Under the pieces are notes generated by a model, which ran no database searches, was not told where the DNA came from, and was given only the letters and a program-made list of their open reading frames with translations. A stretch of 33,198 bases of DNA from Promethearchaeota archaeon. GTDB taxonomy: Archaea; Asgardarchaeota; Lokiarchaeia; Sigyniarchaeales; SOKP01. The stretch lies in the NCBI GenBank assembly GCA_048940925.1, contig JBHLOC010000029.1:1-33198 (forward strand), given 5' to 3'. Numbering within the stretch: the first letter of the stretch is position 1; the number at the start of each line of letters is the position of its first letter. This document shows positions 18,289 to 27,759 of this stretch, one piece after another. The translations under genes and the position numbers were made by a program.

Positions 18289-19527
18289 ATGGAAGAAAAA
18301 GATTTAATTATAAAAAGAGAAGGTTTAGCTAACTTTTACATTTATAATATTGATAACAGTTTAATTCCTTCAAAATCTATGAATGTCTTTTACAATGAAA
18401 AGATGGTTATAAACCGTGATATCACCAATCTTGCGATAAATGCGTATAATAAGTTATATAATCCTGTTTTAATCTCAATTGTAGACTCAATGGCTGCATC
18501 TGGAATAGGATCAATAAGAATACTAAAAGAATGTAAAAAAATTAAAAAAATATACATAAACGATATAAACCCAATGGCGGTTGCCTTAATTAAAAGGAAT
18601 ATTAATTTAAACAAATTAGAAAAATTAAAAATTCAGATTGAAGTTTCAAGGAAAGATGCTAATTTTCTCTTTTCTGAAATTGCCCAAGCTAACCTTTTTG
18701 ATTTAAATAAAAAAAATGAGAAACCAGATGTAATTATTATCGATCCGTTTGGTACACCAAATAATTATATAGATTCTGCTTTTAAAGCTATAAGAAAAGT
18801 AAATGGATTATTATGTATTACAGCTACCGACACTCCAGTATTATTTGGAATTAAACCAAAAGCATGTTTACGAAAATACATGTCTAAAGCTCTTCATAAT
18901 GAGTATTGTAAGGAAACTGGAGCAAGAATTCTAATTTATTTCATATCAAGAATGGCTAATATAAACAACCTTGGCATCTACCCTTTACTTACTTTTTATT
19001 CAAATCATTTTATAAGAGTGTTTGCGCTAACTTTTAAAAGTAAAGAAAGAATTTTGAAATATATCAGAAATTTCGGATATATTGTTCATTGTCAACAATG
19101 CGGGTTTAGATCCATCTCAAGTAATAATTTATTTAAGAATCCACAAAAATGTCCTCAATGTAAATTTAACCATAAGATGGATTATGCAGGACCATTATGG
19201 CTTGGAAACCTTCATGATACTAAATTTTTAGAAGAACTCATAATTTCAAATGCTACTTTCAAATTTAAAACGAAAAAAAGACTAGATAAACTCTTAAATT
19301 TAGCTTTAAGTGAAAATAACATGCCAATTACATATTATAATATTCATAAACTTAGTGAAAAACTAAAACTACCTTTTATTCCAAAAGTTGAATCTATAAT
19401 CAAAAAAATTAAGGAAAGTGGTTATGAAGTTTCTAGAACTCATTTTGATTTTCTATCAATTAAAACTAATATGGATATTGAACTTATTAAGAATATATTA
19501 CTAGATTTACAAAAAAAAGAAATTTGA
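18289..19527 (+). CDS. trm1: tRNA (guanine26-N2)-dimethyltransferase Trm1
   Basis: VFYN..M..NRD, DSMAASGI, NDINP, IDPFGTP, ITATD, CQQC/CPQC zinc ribbon, AGPLWLG, SRTHF. Confidence 0.95.
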   Translation: MEEKDLIIKREGLANFYIYNIDNSLIPSKSMNVFYNEKMVINRDITNLAINAYNKLYNPVLISIVDSMAASGIGSIRILKECKKIKKIYINDINPMAVALIKRNINLNKLEKLKIQIEVSRKDANFLFSEIAQANLFDLNKKNEKPDVIIIDPFGTPNNYIDSAFKAIRKVNGLLCITATDTPVLFGIKPKACLRKYMSKALHNEYCKETGARILIYFISRMANINNLGIYPLLTFYSNHFIRVFALTFKSKERILKYIRNFGYIVHCQQCGFRSISSNNLFKNPQKCPQCKFNHKMDYAGPLWLGNLHDTKFLEELIISNATFKFKTKKRLDKLLNLALSENNMPITYYNIHKLSEKLKLPFIPKVESIIKKIKESGYEVSRTHFDFLSIKTNMDIELIKNILLDLQKKEI

Positions 19528-19533
19528 AAAAGA

Positions 19534-20169
19534 GTGCCAAATAAACATCATTTTAATAAAAATGAGCCATATTATAAAAGGGCTAAATTTAATGGATATC
19601 GAGCAAGATCTGCTTATAAATTATTAGATATTCAAAACAGATATAAAATTTTCAAAAGAGCATTTTATATTTTAGATTTAGGATCTGCTCCTGGTTCCTG
19701 GCTTCAGGTAGCTAAAAAAATTGCTGAAGATAATTTAGAAAAATATAAGGATCAATATTACCACCGAGAATATTATAGAATTATGGGTGTTGATATTAAA
19801 TCCATAACTCCTATTGAAAATGTAAAAATCTTAAAAATGGATTTTACCACACCTAAGTTTAATAATGAAATTGAATCCTACTTTAAAGATAAATTAGATT
19901 TAATCCTATCTGATGCTTCAATATCTAAAATTGGGAACAAATTTACCGATCAAATAAGACAGATAAATCTTTGTTATAATGTTCTTACTATAGTCCTAAA
20001 ATTTCTGAAATATAAGGGTAATTTTGTGATGAAAGCTTTTCAAGGATCTGATTTTGCGGAGTTAACTGAACATTTACTAACAGAATTTAAAATATTTAAA
20101 ATTTTTAAACCTCAATCTTCCAAAAAGAAAAGTAATGAAATTTATCTAATAGGTCTGCAAAAGAAATAA
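19534..20169 (+). CDS. rlmE: 23S rRNA Um2552 2'-O-methyltransferase RlmE/FtsJ (GTG start)
   Basis: YYKRAK..GYRARSAYKL, DLGSAPGSWLQ, LSDA, K..SSKKKSNEIY. Confidence 0.93.
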   Translation: MPNKHHFNKNEPYYKRAKFNGYRARSAYKLLDIQNRYKIFKRAFYILDLGSAPGSWLQVAKKIAEDNLEKYKDQYYHREYYRIMGVDIKSITPIENVKILKMDFTTPKFNNEIESYFKDKLDLILSDASISKIGNKFTDQIRQINLCYNVLTIVLKFLKYKGNFVMKAFQGSDFAELTEHLLTEFKIFKIFKPQSSKKKSNEIYLIGLQKK

Positions 20170-20170
20170 C

Positions 20171-20782
20171 TTACATATCTTGGAAATTTGATTCAATTTC
20201 ATCAAAATTGATAAAATATTCTTTTCCTTTTGAAGTCAACTCAATCCATTCTGTTAACCAGGGGCAATAAAGTGGATTAAATTGATCTAAGTTAGTATCA
20301 TTGCATTTATCTCGAAAGGGACAGATGAAACAAGGTTGTCTAGAAAACATGTTCCAAATGAAATCCTTTCTTTTTCTATCAATTTTAACCTCTTTAACCT
20401 CTCTATCAATATCCTCAAGAGAATAAATATGTTTTGTCCAAGAAGCATCGACTAATTCCCTTCTGAGTTTAATCTTTGATTGTAGAGCTAATATTTCAAT
20501 AATTTCTTCTAGATCATTCGGTTTTTTATCACTAAGTTTTAAAAGATCATTAAAATAAAGATCTTTTTCTCGATTTATTATATCTAAGATCTTTTTCTCA
20601 TCTTTACGTAATGTCCGAACAAACTCTTTTTTCTTTTCTTCTATTCTTTCAATTCTTCTTTCAACTTCAGATTTTTCATCTATAGATCCCTCAACACGCT
20701 CCTTTATTTTGCATTTATGACGGGATAAATAAGCAAAACTTTTGCCACAATAAGGGCATGTCTCTTTTTTCTTCTTGGCCAT
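20171..20782 (-). CDS. TFEbeta / RNA polymerase III RPC34(RPC39)-like protein: N-terminal zinc finger, winged helix, C-terminal [4Fe-4S] motif
   Basis: C-terminal PCFICPFRDKC-x12-CPWLTEW matches the RPC34/TFEbeta PCxxCPxxxxC...P..C.(Y/W)..EW motif; central wHTH-like segment; N-terminal CPYCGKSFAYLSRHKC. Confidence 0.8.
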   Translation of the reverse strand: MAKKKKETCPYCGKSFAYLSRHKCKIKERVEGSIDEKSEVERRIERIEEKKKEFVRTLRKDEKKILDIINREKDLYFNDLLKLSDKKPNDLEEIIEILALQSKIKLRRELVDASWTKHIYSLEDIDREVKEVKIDRKRKDFIWNMFSRQPCFICPFRDKCNDTNLDQFNPLYCPWLTEWIELTSKGKEYFINFDEIESNFQDM

Positions 20783-20981
20783 GGTTATGATATTTTATTA
20801 TATTATCCTTGAAGTTAAAAATTAATATTAAATTCAAAATTCAAGTAGTATAATATTAATTCTTATGATTTTTTAAAAAATAAATTTTTGTTTTCAATAA
20901 TTTATTTTTATAATTTGTAATGTATTATCTAATTAGTAATTTCAACTTATATTTAAAATAACTCTTGATTATAAGTTAATA

Positions 20982-21794
20982 ATGAGTCTTCATGAAATTT
21001 TAGAAATTAAAAAACACCAAATAATTAAACCCATAAATATTTTAAATGAATTTCAAAAAAATAAAGACAAACAAATTGCATTAACTTCAGGCTCAAATAA
21101 TTTTGATGAAACTATAGGAGGAGGGTTCTACTCAGGTAGAACTTATTTAATTTTTGGTGCAACCAAGACTGGTAAAACACAACTATGCCATCAATTATGT
21201 ATACAAGCATATAAACTATTCTCAAAAAAATTAAAAAAAAGAGAAATTTCACAAATATTTTATTTTGATACAGAAAATACATTTCGCCCTGAGAGAATAA
21301 AAGATTTATCTTCTTCTTCTAATCTTGAATATGAAAAGGTATTAAAAAGTATAATTGTATCTACAATCATGAGTAATTCTGCTTTACAATTTGCTGTGAA
21401 AGATCTTGTACAAATTCTTAATAAAAATCAATCTAGTGTTTTAATTATTGATACAATCAATAACTACTATCGGTCTGATTTTAGTAATAATAACATAACT
21501 TTTACTAAAACTAAGGATGTTTTTCTGAAAATATTAGAATCTATTCATACACTTGCTAAAACACATAATTTAATTACGATTTTAACAGCTCAAGTATCAT
21601 CAAATTTTGCTGAAAATGCTATTATTCGAGAAATTCCAGTTGGAAACCAATTTTTAAATCATTTTTTTTCAGACTATTTATATCTGAGTTATAAGGATGA
21701 AAAAAAAATCTACGTTCAAATGATTAACTCATTAAAATACCCTAATAAAAAACTAATCTTCACAATAACAAAATCCGGAATTCAAGATAGCTAA
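20982..21794 (+). CDS. RadA/Rad51 paralog lacking the N-terminal HhH domain
   Basis: TSGSNNFDETIGGG, Walker A GATKTGKTQLCHQL, FDTENTFRPERI, Walker B LIIDT, TAQV, PVGNQFLNHF. Confidence 0.85.
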   Translation: MSLHEILEIKKHQIIKPINILNEFQKNKDKQIALTSGSNNFDETIGGGFYSGRTYLIFGATKTGKTQLCHQLCIQAYKLFSKKLKKREISQIFYFDTENTFRPERIKDLSSSSNLEYEKVLKSIIVSTIMSNSALQFAVKDLVQILNKNQSSVLIIDTINNYYRSDFSNNNITFTKTKDVFLKILESIHTLAKTHNLITILTAQVSSNFAENAIIREIPVGNQFLNHFFSDYLYLSYKDEKKIYVQMINSLKYPNKKLIFTITKSGIQDS

Positions 21795-21807
21795 ATATAG
21801 ATAATTC

Positions 21808-22641
21808 CTACTTAATTATATTTATAAAATCCCTAATTGAAAGGTGAGTAAATTTTTCAGATATGGAGTTTGAAATTACAAAATAAATATCATTTATCAT
21901 TTTTTTTTTTAACCATTTAATTAATTCCATTGCATATCGAAGTTTTTTTTTTTTCATTAGACTTCCTTCTTGATCTGCATTAATATCTAATTTTGAATAT
22001 TTTCCAATGATATTTTGGAAATCCATACCAATTAAAAATAATTTTTGCATTGGTTTTATTAGAGGACGTAGGAAATACAGAATTCTATCTCCATCTGTAA
22101 AGCCTCCGGGATTAATAATATTATTAGATGGTTCAATTTGGGTAGTCCCAATAACATTATGAAATTTTAAGATTTCTGGTTCAAATAATTTAATTTTATC
22201 TATATTATCTCCATGAGCATGGATTACTATGAAATCAGTGATGTTAAATTCTTTAACAGTAATTCCATCAAGATCCGAAAAAATACAATTTATTGGTAGC
22301 CCTCTCTCTCTCAATAAAATAGAAGCACCATCTGCTGTAAAATTTAAAAACTCACTAAATAATCTTATACCAATATGATTTACAAGATTATCTACAGTAG
22401 ATTCAAGGGAAGGACCACATCCATATATTAAAATATAGGATTTATTTTCAACCATAGTTTGGAAATCTTTTAAAATTGTTTCCAGATTATATTTATTTAC
22501 TTTTTTTTGAAGTATATTTGCCAAATAATCTCGTGATTCAGATTCCTTTTGATAGTTAAAGCCAAAATCATTCGAAATCTTATAATACCAGTCTTTAAAC
22601 TCAATATAAAAATTTAAGCGGTCTTTTAATTTCAAATCCAT
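21808..22641 (-). CDS. mptE: 6-hydroxymethyl-7,8-dihydropterin pyrophosphokinase MptE (DUF115)
   Basis: YGCGPSL, ADGA, SDLDG, IHAHGDN, GTTQ, PGGFTDGDR, LIGMDF. Confidence 0.88.
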   Translation of the reverse strand: MDLKLKDRLNFYIEFKDWYYKISNDFGFNYQKESESRDYLANILQKKVNKYNLETILKDFQTMVENKSYILIYGCGPSLESTVDNLVNHIGIRLFSEFLNFTADGASILLRERGLPINCIFSDLDGITVKEFNITDFIVIHAHGDNIDKIKLFEPEILKFHNVIGTTQIEPSNNIINPGGFTDGDRILYFLRPLIKPMQKLFLIGMDFQNIIGKYSKLDINADQEGSLMKKKKLRYAMELIKWLKKKMINDIYFVISNSISEKFTHLSIRDFINIIK

Positions 22642-22771
22642 GTTAACTTAAGAATCTACATAATTAATTTAATAATAAAATTTTAAATTATTACTTTAAT
22701 TAATAAATTCATAATAATTAATACAAATTAATTTTAATTCATACAAAAATTAAGAAAGAGTGGAAAATTTA

Positions 22772-23164
22772 ATGGCAAAATACTTCACTAAAACGCATCA
22801 ATGGTTTGATGATGGAACAAAAGAGGTAGGAATCACTCCTTATGCTGCTGAACAACTCGGAGAAATAAGTTTTGTTGATGTAGAGGGACTTATTGATGCC
22901 GAACTTGAACAAGTAAAAATGTCTGGAGATGAACCAGCAAGCGATCCTATTGATTGTACTGTAGAATCCTCAAAAGCTGTTGGAGATATTTATTCTCCAG
23001 TTTCTGGGAAAGTAATTGAGATTAATGAAGATTTGATGGATGAACCAGAAAAGATTAATGAAGATGCCTTTGCTGCTTGGCTTTTCAAGATTGAACCATC
23101 AAATTGGGATGCTGAAAAAGCTAACTTATTGGATGAATCTGCTTATAATGCTTTCGTTGGGTAA
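22772..23164 (+). CDS. gcvH: Glycine cleavage system H protein / lipoyl carrier (the ORF track start at 22760 is GTG; ATG at 22772 preferred)
   Basis: YFTKTHQW, VGITPYAAEQLGEI, VESSKAVGDIYSPVSGKV (lipoyl Lys), N..L.DEPEKINED. Confidence 0.9.
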   Translation: MAKYFTKTHQWFDDGTKEVGITPYAAEQLGEISFVDVEGLIDAELEQVKMSGDEPASDPIDCTVESSKAVGDIYSPVSGKVIEINEDLMDEPEKINEDAFAAWLFKIEPSNWDAEKANLLDESAYNAFVG

Positions 23165-23197
23165 TAAATAATTATTGAATTGAATAAATTTACACAA

Positions 23198-23212
23198 TTT
23201 TTCCTTTTTTTT
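23198..23212 (+). terminator. Possible oligo-T terminator after gcvH
   Basis: TTTTTCCTTTTTTTT downstream of the stop. Confidence 0.4.
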
Positions 23213-23225
23213 ATTAATTAATTCA

Positions 23226-24380
23226 TTGAAATTTATGAACCAAAACAATAAATTCACCATAGGATTAATAATAAATCCAATATCCGGAATGGGAGGAACA
23301 GTAGGTTTAAAAGGTACTGATGGTAGATCAATTTTGAAGCAAGCTATTAATTTAGGAGCAACTCCCAGAGCAACAAATAGAACTGTAGATTTTTTAAAAG
23401 GAATAGAATCAATAAAAAATAAATTGCTTTTTGTAACGTGCCCTGGAATTATGGGTGAAAAAGTTCTAAAAGAAATGAATTTCAATTATGAAACTATTCA
23501 AGATATATTATTTGAAAAATGTGATACTATTTTAGACACTACTCCAGAATATACCAAGTTAGCAGCTAAGATTATGATGAATGATAAAAGTATAGAAATT
23601 ATAATCTTTGTTGGAGGTGATGGTACAGCAAGGGATATACAAAGTGTAATTAAGAAACATAAGCCATGTTTAGGAATACCAGCTGGTGTAAAAATTTATT
23701 CCAGTGCATTTGCACTTAATCCAATTGATGCAAGTAATCTCTTAACGCAATTTCTTTGTGATGAAATTCCCTTGAAAGAATCTGAAGTGCTTGATATTGA
23801 TGAAGAGCAATATCGAGTAGGACAGTTAGTCTCTAAGTTTTATGGGTATTTACTCACACCTTTTAATCCTGATTTTTCTCAATTTTCTAAAATAGGGACA
23901 CCAAAATCAGATCTTAACAATCAAGAACGAATAGCTAACAGAATTATAGAGATTTTAGAAGATAATGTTTATTATTTGTTAGGACCAGGTACTACAGTTA
24001 AATCAATTACTGATAAATTGCATCAAACTAAAACACTGTTAGGAATTGACTTGCTTCTGAATAAAAAAATTATTTCTAAAGATTTAAATGAACAACAAAT
24101 TCTTGAGCATGTCAAAGCTAAGAAAGTTAAAATAATAACATCTATTATTGGGAGACAAGGATTCATCTTTGGAAGAGGAAATCTACAACTTTCACCTATG
24201 GTTTTGAAAGAAGTTGGTTGTAAAAACTTTATAATAGTTGCTACAAGGTTTAAATTACAAAGTATTCCTAATATAATATTAAAATTAGATACTAGAGATC
24301 CTAAACTAGACAATAAAATGAAAGGTTTATATAGAATAATTATTGATTACGATGAGATAAAAATATGTGAAGTAAGATAA
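23226..24380 (+). CDS. ATP-NAD kinase family protein (AcoX-like); start may be ATG at 23235
   Basis: GLIINPISGMGGTVGLKGTDG, FVGGDGTARD, LGIPAGVKIYS, GPGTT, TLLGID, GRQGFIFGRGNLQ. Confidence 0.88.
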   Translation: MKFMNQNNKFTIGLIINPISGMGGTVGLKGTDGRSILKQAINLGATPRATNRTVDFLKGIESIKNKLLFVTCPGIMGEKVLKEMNFNYETIQDILFEKCDTILDTTPEYTKLAAKIMMNDKSIEIIIFVGGDGTARDIQSVIKKHKPCLGIPAGVKIYSSAFALNPIDASNLLTQFLCDEIPLKESEVLDIDEEQYRVGQLVSKFYGYLLTPFNPDFSQFSKIGTPKSDLNNQERIANRIIEILEDNVYYLLGPGTTVKSITDKLHQTKTLLGIDLLLNKKIISKDLNEQQILEHVKAKKVKIITSIIGRQGFIFGRGNLQLSPMVLKEVGCKNFIIVATRFKLQSIPNIILKLDTRDPKLDNKMKGLYRIIIDYDEIKICEVR

Positions 24381-24398
24381 ATTATTATTTATATATTC

Positions 24399-24920
24399 TT
24401 ATTGACTTATATTGCCTGTTTTAATAGCTAAAATATACTGAAGAGCGATAAATGTGATGATTGTCATTAAAACTCCGATTACTAAAATATATATTGCCAT
24501 TTTCCTATTATACACATATTTTGATGCTTGGTATAATAATATAAACCCAGTTGAACATAAAAATATTAAAATTGAAGCTACAATACCCTCAATAATGAAA
24601 GATTCATGTATGTCTGGATAAATAAATATAGGATTTCCCTGGCTATCTGCTCCTAATGCTGGAGGTTTTCTAACTATAAAATAAGCTACTCCTGTTTGAA
24701 GCACAAACAAGATTATAAAAATTGCTATAATACTTAAAGAACGTGTTGGCATTGGAAGTGATAGCCTCGGAATTTTAAATTTTGGAAATTTTAGTTTAGG
24801 TTTTCTTAGCTTACTTCCAAATACCCAGGGAGTCTTTCTTTTAATTTTTTCTAAGACTGTTTCTGATCCAATTATTTCTTCTTTCTTAATCTCTTCCTTT
24901 GCTACTTGCTGTTTTTGCAT
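24399..24920 (-). CDS. Oligosaccharyltransferase subunit OSTC/DC2-like (OST3/OST6 family TM domain)
   Basis: KPKLKFP..RLSLPMP, then TM ending TGVAYFIVRKPPALG, loop, FIIEGIVASILIFLCSTGFILL and a third TM; same motif order as eukaryotic OSTC (GG..Y..I.EPP..G ... QY..EG..SS.LF..GG.GFI.L). Confidence 0.8.
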   Translation of the reverse strand: MQKQQVAKEEIKKEEIIGSETVLEKIKRKTPWVFGSKLRKPKLKFPKFKIPRLSLPMPTRSLSIIAIFIILFVLQTGVAYFIVRKPPALGADSQGNPIFIYPDIHESFIIEGIVASILIFLCSTGFILLYQASKYVYNRKMAIYILVIGVLMTIITFIALQYILAIKTGNISQ

Positions 24921-24992
24921 AATAAATTATAGTTAAAATATTAATTAATGTTTAATAATTTTTTTAAATAAATTTAAACAATATTAGATATT

Positions 24993-26501
24993 TCAATCTA
25001 ATTTTTGTAATAATCTTAATAAAAAGTTCCAAATTTTTTCTACAGATTTTACTAATAAACGTTCCTCGGGCGAATGAGCGCCCTCATTTCTAGGACCAAT
25101 TGAGATCATTTCCATATGAGGAAATTTTTTCTTTAAGATACCACATTCTAGTCCCGCATGAATTGCTTTCACAAGTAATTCATTATTGAATAATTGACGA
25201 TAAGCATCTTTAGTTAAAGTTAAAAGTTTTGAGTTAAAATTAGGTGTCCATCCAGGATAATCACTATCAATTATAGTCTCAACATTTAAACCGGTTAAAT
25301 TAATCAAAGAATTAGTTTTTTCCCAAATCACATTTTTGAAATATTCACTTAAGCTTCTTTGACTTAACTTTATTACAACCTTATCTTTTTCAGTCTTTAT
25401 AACCGCTAAATTTGATGATGAAAAAACAAGATCCCTTATTTTTGGGTGCATAGAAAGAGGACCATTCGGAATTGTATACAGGATATTAAGTAAGTTATTT
25501 TGAATTAGTTTTGTTAATACTTTCTTATTATCATAATTTGTTAATCTTTTAATTGATATATTGATGTCAGGGTCGATACCCTCAAAAAGAATTTTAATTT
25601 TCATAAGTTGATCTAAAATAAACTCTTTTACCTTCAAAAATTCATCTTCTCTTACAAAGAAAATAGCACTGGCTTCTCTAGGTATAGCATTAGTTCTATT
25701 ACCACCATTAATAGATGCAATATTCATCATAAAATTGTGGTTTAATTTCCAAAGTATTTGTCCTATAATTTTTAATGAATTTCCCCTTCCTATATGAATA
25801 TCTACCCCTGAATGCCCTCCAATTAAACCAGAAACAAATAATTTTATTGGAATTAGGTTTTCATTCTCATTAATATTAATAGTGTCTTTACTTATACGAA
25901 AAAAAGTTACTATCCCACCTGCACAACCTATCGTTACAGCATCTTCATCTTCAGCATCTAAATTTATTAGAAAGTCACCACTAATTAAATTATTATCGAT
26001 TTTAAAGGCACCACGTAAACCCATTTCCTCATCAACAGTAAATAATAAATCAAATCCAACTGATTCGTAATCAAGTTCTCCATCATGAATTTTTTTCATC
26101 AATGCTAATAAATAACAAATACCAACTCCATTATCTGCACCTAATGTAGTTCCTTCTGCTGTTACCCATTTTTCATTCTCAATTTCTATAATTTTTATTT
26201 TTAATGGATCGATAGAAAAATCGTGAATACTTTCTTCATTCTTTTCACACACCATATCCATGTGACATTGTAATACTATATTGTACTTTTTCATAGTTTT
26301 AGCTGGAATTCTCACTACTAGATTTCCTGCAATATCAACTTGAGTTTTAAATCCTAGCCTCTCTGCCTCTTCTTTTATGAAAGCTCTCACTTTTTCTTCA
26401 TGTTCAGAACACCGAGGGATTTTTGTAATTTGCTCAAAATATTCCCAAAATTCAAGAGGTTTGCTTAACTCTTTTAAATTTAACAAAAAAATCGCTTCCA
26501 A
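24993..26501 (-). CDS. pepD: Aminoacyl-histidine dipeptidase PepD (M20C); exact start uncertain
   Basis: IPRCSEHE, LQCHMDMVCEK, TTLGADNGVG, TVDEEMG, NLDAE, GGHSGVDIH, YPGW.PN, IHAGLECG, AHSPEE. Confidence 0.93.
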   Translation of the reverse strand: MEAIFLLNLKELSKPLEFWEYFEQITKIPRCSEHEEKVRAFIKEEAERLGFKTQVDIAGNLVVRIPAKTMKKYNIVLQCHMDMVCEKNEESIHDFSIDPLKIKIIEIENEKWVTAEGTTLGADNGVGICYLLALMKKIHDGELDYESVGFDLLFTVDEEMGLRGAFKIDNNLISGDFLINLDAEDEDAVTIGCAGGIVTFFRISKDTININENENLIPIKLFVSGLIGGHSGVDIHIGRGNSLKIIGQILWKLNHNFMMNIASINGGNRTNAIPREASAIFFVREDEFLKVKEFILDQLMKIKILFEGIDPDINISIKRLTNYDNKKVLTKLIQNNLLNILYTIPNGPLSMHPKIRDLVFSSSNLAVIKTEKDKVVIKLSQRSLSEYFKNVIWEKTNSLINLTGLNVETIIDSDYPGWTPNFNSKLLTLTKDAYRQLFNNELLVKAIHAGLECGILKKKFPHMEMISIGPRNEGAHSPEERLLVKSVEKIWNFLLRLLQKLD

Positions 26502-26582
26502 TCAAAATATATATATTAAAGTTTTTATAATAATTATAAAATAACACTAGATTCCTTATAATTTTATTTAAAGGCTGATCAA

Positions 26583-27716
26583 ATGAGTTGGAAAGACCTT
26601 TATTCAGAAGTTAAGAAACGCAAAATGGAAGCACTTGATAAAAAGGATGTTGTGAAAGCCGTAGAAAAACATGGAAAAATCCTTGCTGTTAGTGGAAGAT
26701 ATGAAAAACCTAAAAAAGTAGTAGAGCATATGTATGCATCTATGAAGAAAATAATAAGAGAAAAAGAAATTATGAAAGAAGACTTAAATCAATATGACGT
26801 AACTCTTATTGGATGCCCTGGTAGCGATATCCCTTATGCAGCTCATCCCAAAATAAAAGATTTCGTCAATAATGGAGGTTGGTTAATAACTACTGATTGG
26901 GCACTTCGAAGCATTGTAGAAATTATTTTTCCTGGATATATAAGATGGAATCATGCAAAAACTGCCGATGCTGTAGTAGCATGCCAAGTTATCGAACCAA
27001 ATCATCCATTTCTAGAGGGAGTCTTAAGTGAAATTCAACAGAGCAAATGGCAGAAGAAAACAGATAAAAATATAAAAAAAAGTGAATTTAAATGGTGGTT
27101 AGAAACTCGCTCATTTCCTATTCAAGTTATAAATCCACAAGCTGTAAGGGTATTAATAAGCTCATGGGAAATCCAGAATAAATGGGGAGAATCTCCTGTA
27201 CTTGTAGAATTTGATTACGGAAAAAAAAGTGGGCGAATTATTCATATGATAAGTCATACCCATTTACAAAAAGGTAGTATAAAAGGAAAATACGCCTCTG
27301 CTTTAATTCTGACTAATATATTAGACGAAAAAATATCTCAAAAAATGGGAATTTCAAAATTATCTGCACCCGGATATGTCTCTGATTGGCAATCATCTCA
27401 AATTCAATCACGACAGCAGAATCCACAAAATCCCTTAGAAGAACAGTGGATATCTCCAACACAAGAAAAAAATTATATAACACCTGCTATTGGATCCGAA
27501 GGATTGACAGAAACCTCTCAAATCATAGAAGTAGATGTAAATAATTCTAATTTTTCATTCGCAAGAAAATGCGTATACTGCAGTTTCGATTTTGCTGAAT
27601 ATGAAGGGAAAATCTATTTTTGTCAATCATGTAATGCGTTTTACCATGAGAATTGCATTAATATTCAAATTAATGAAGGAACATGTAAAAATTGTGGTAG
27701 AATCTTGTTATGGTAA
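26583..27716 (+). CDS. Hypothetical protein: class I GATase/ThuA-like domain + Q/S/P-rich linker + C-terminal C4HC3 (RING-variant/PHD-like) zinc finger
   Basis: DLNQYDVTLIGCPG, KIKDFVNNGGWLITTDWAL, GRIIHMISH; C-terminal CVYC-x13-CQSC-x4-H-x2-C-x9-CKNC. Confidence 0.7.
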   Translation: MSWKDLYSEVKKRKMEALDKKDVVKAVEKHGKILAVSGRYEKPKKVVEHMYASMKKIIREKEIMKEDLNQYDVTLIGCPGSDIPYAAHPKIKDFVNNGGWLITTDWALRSIVEIIFPGYIRWNHAKTADAVVACQVIEPNHPFLEGVLSEIQQSKWQKKTDKNIKKSEFKWWLETRSFPIQVINPQAVRVLISSWEIQNKWGESPVLVEFDYGKKSGRIIHMISHTHLQKGSIKGKYASALILTNILDEKISQKMGISKLSAPGYVSDWQSSQIQSRQQNPQNPLEEQWISPTQEKNYITPAIGSEGLTETSQIIEVDVNNSNFSFARKCVYCSFDFAEYEGKIYFCQSCNAFYHENCINIQINEGTCKNCGRILLW

Positions 27717-27759
27717 ATGATCTCTGATTTTCAATAAGAATTTATAGGTGAATATTGAT

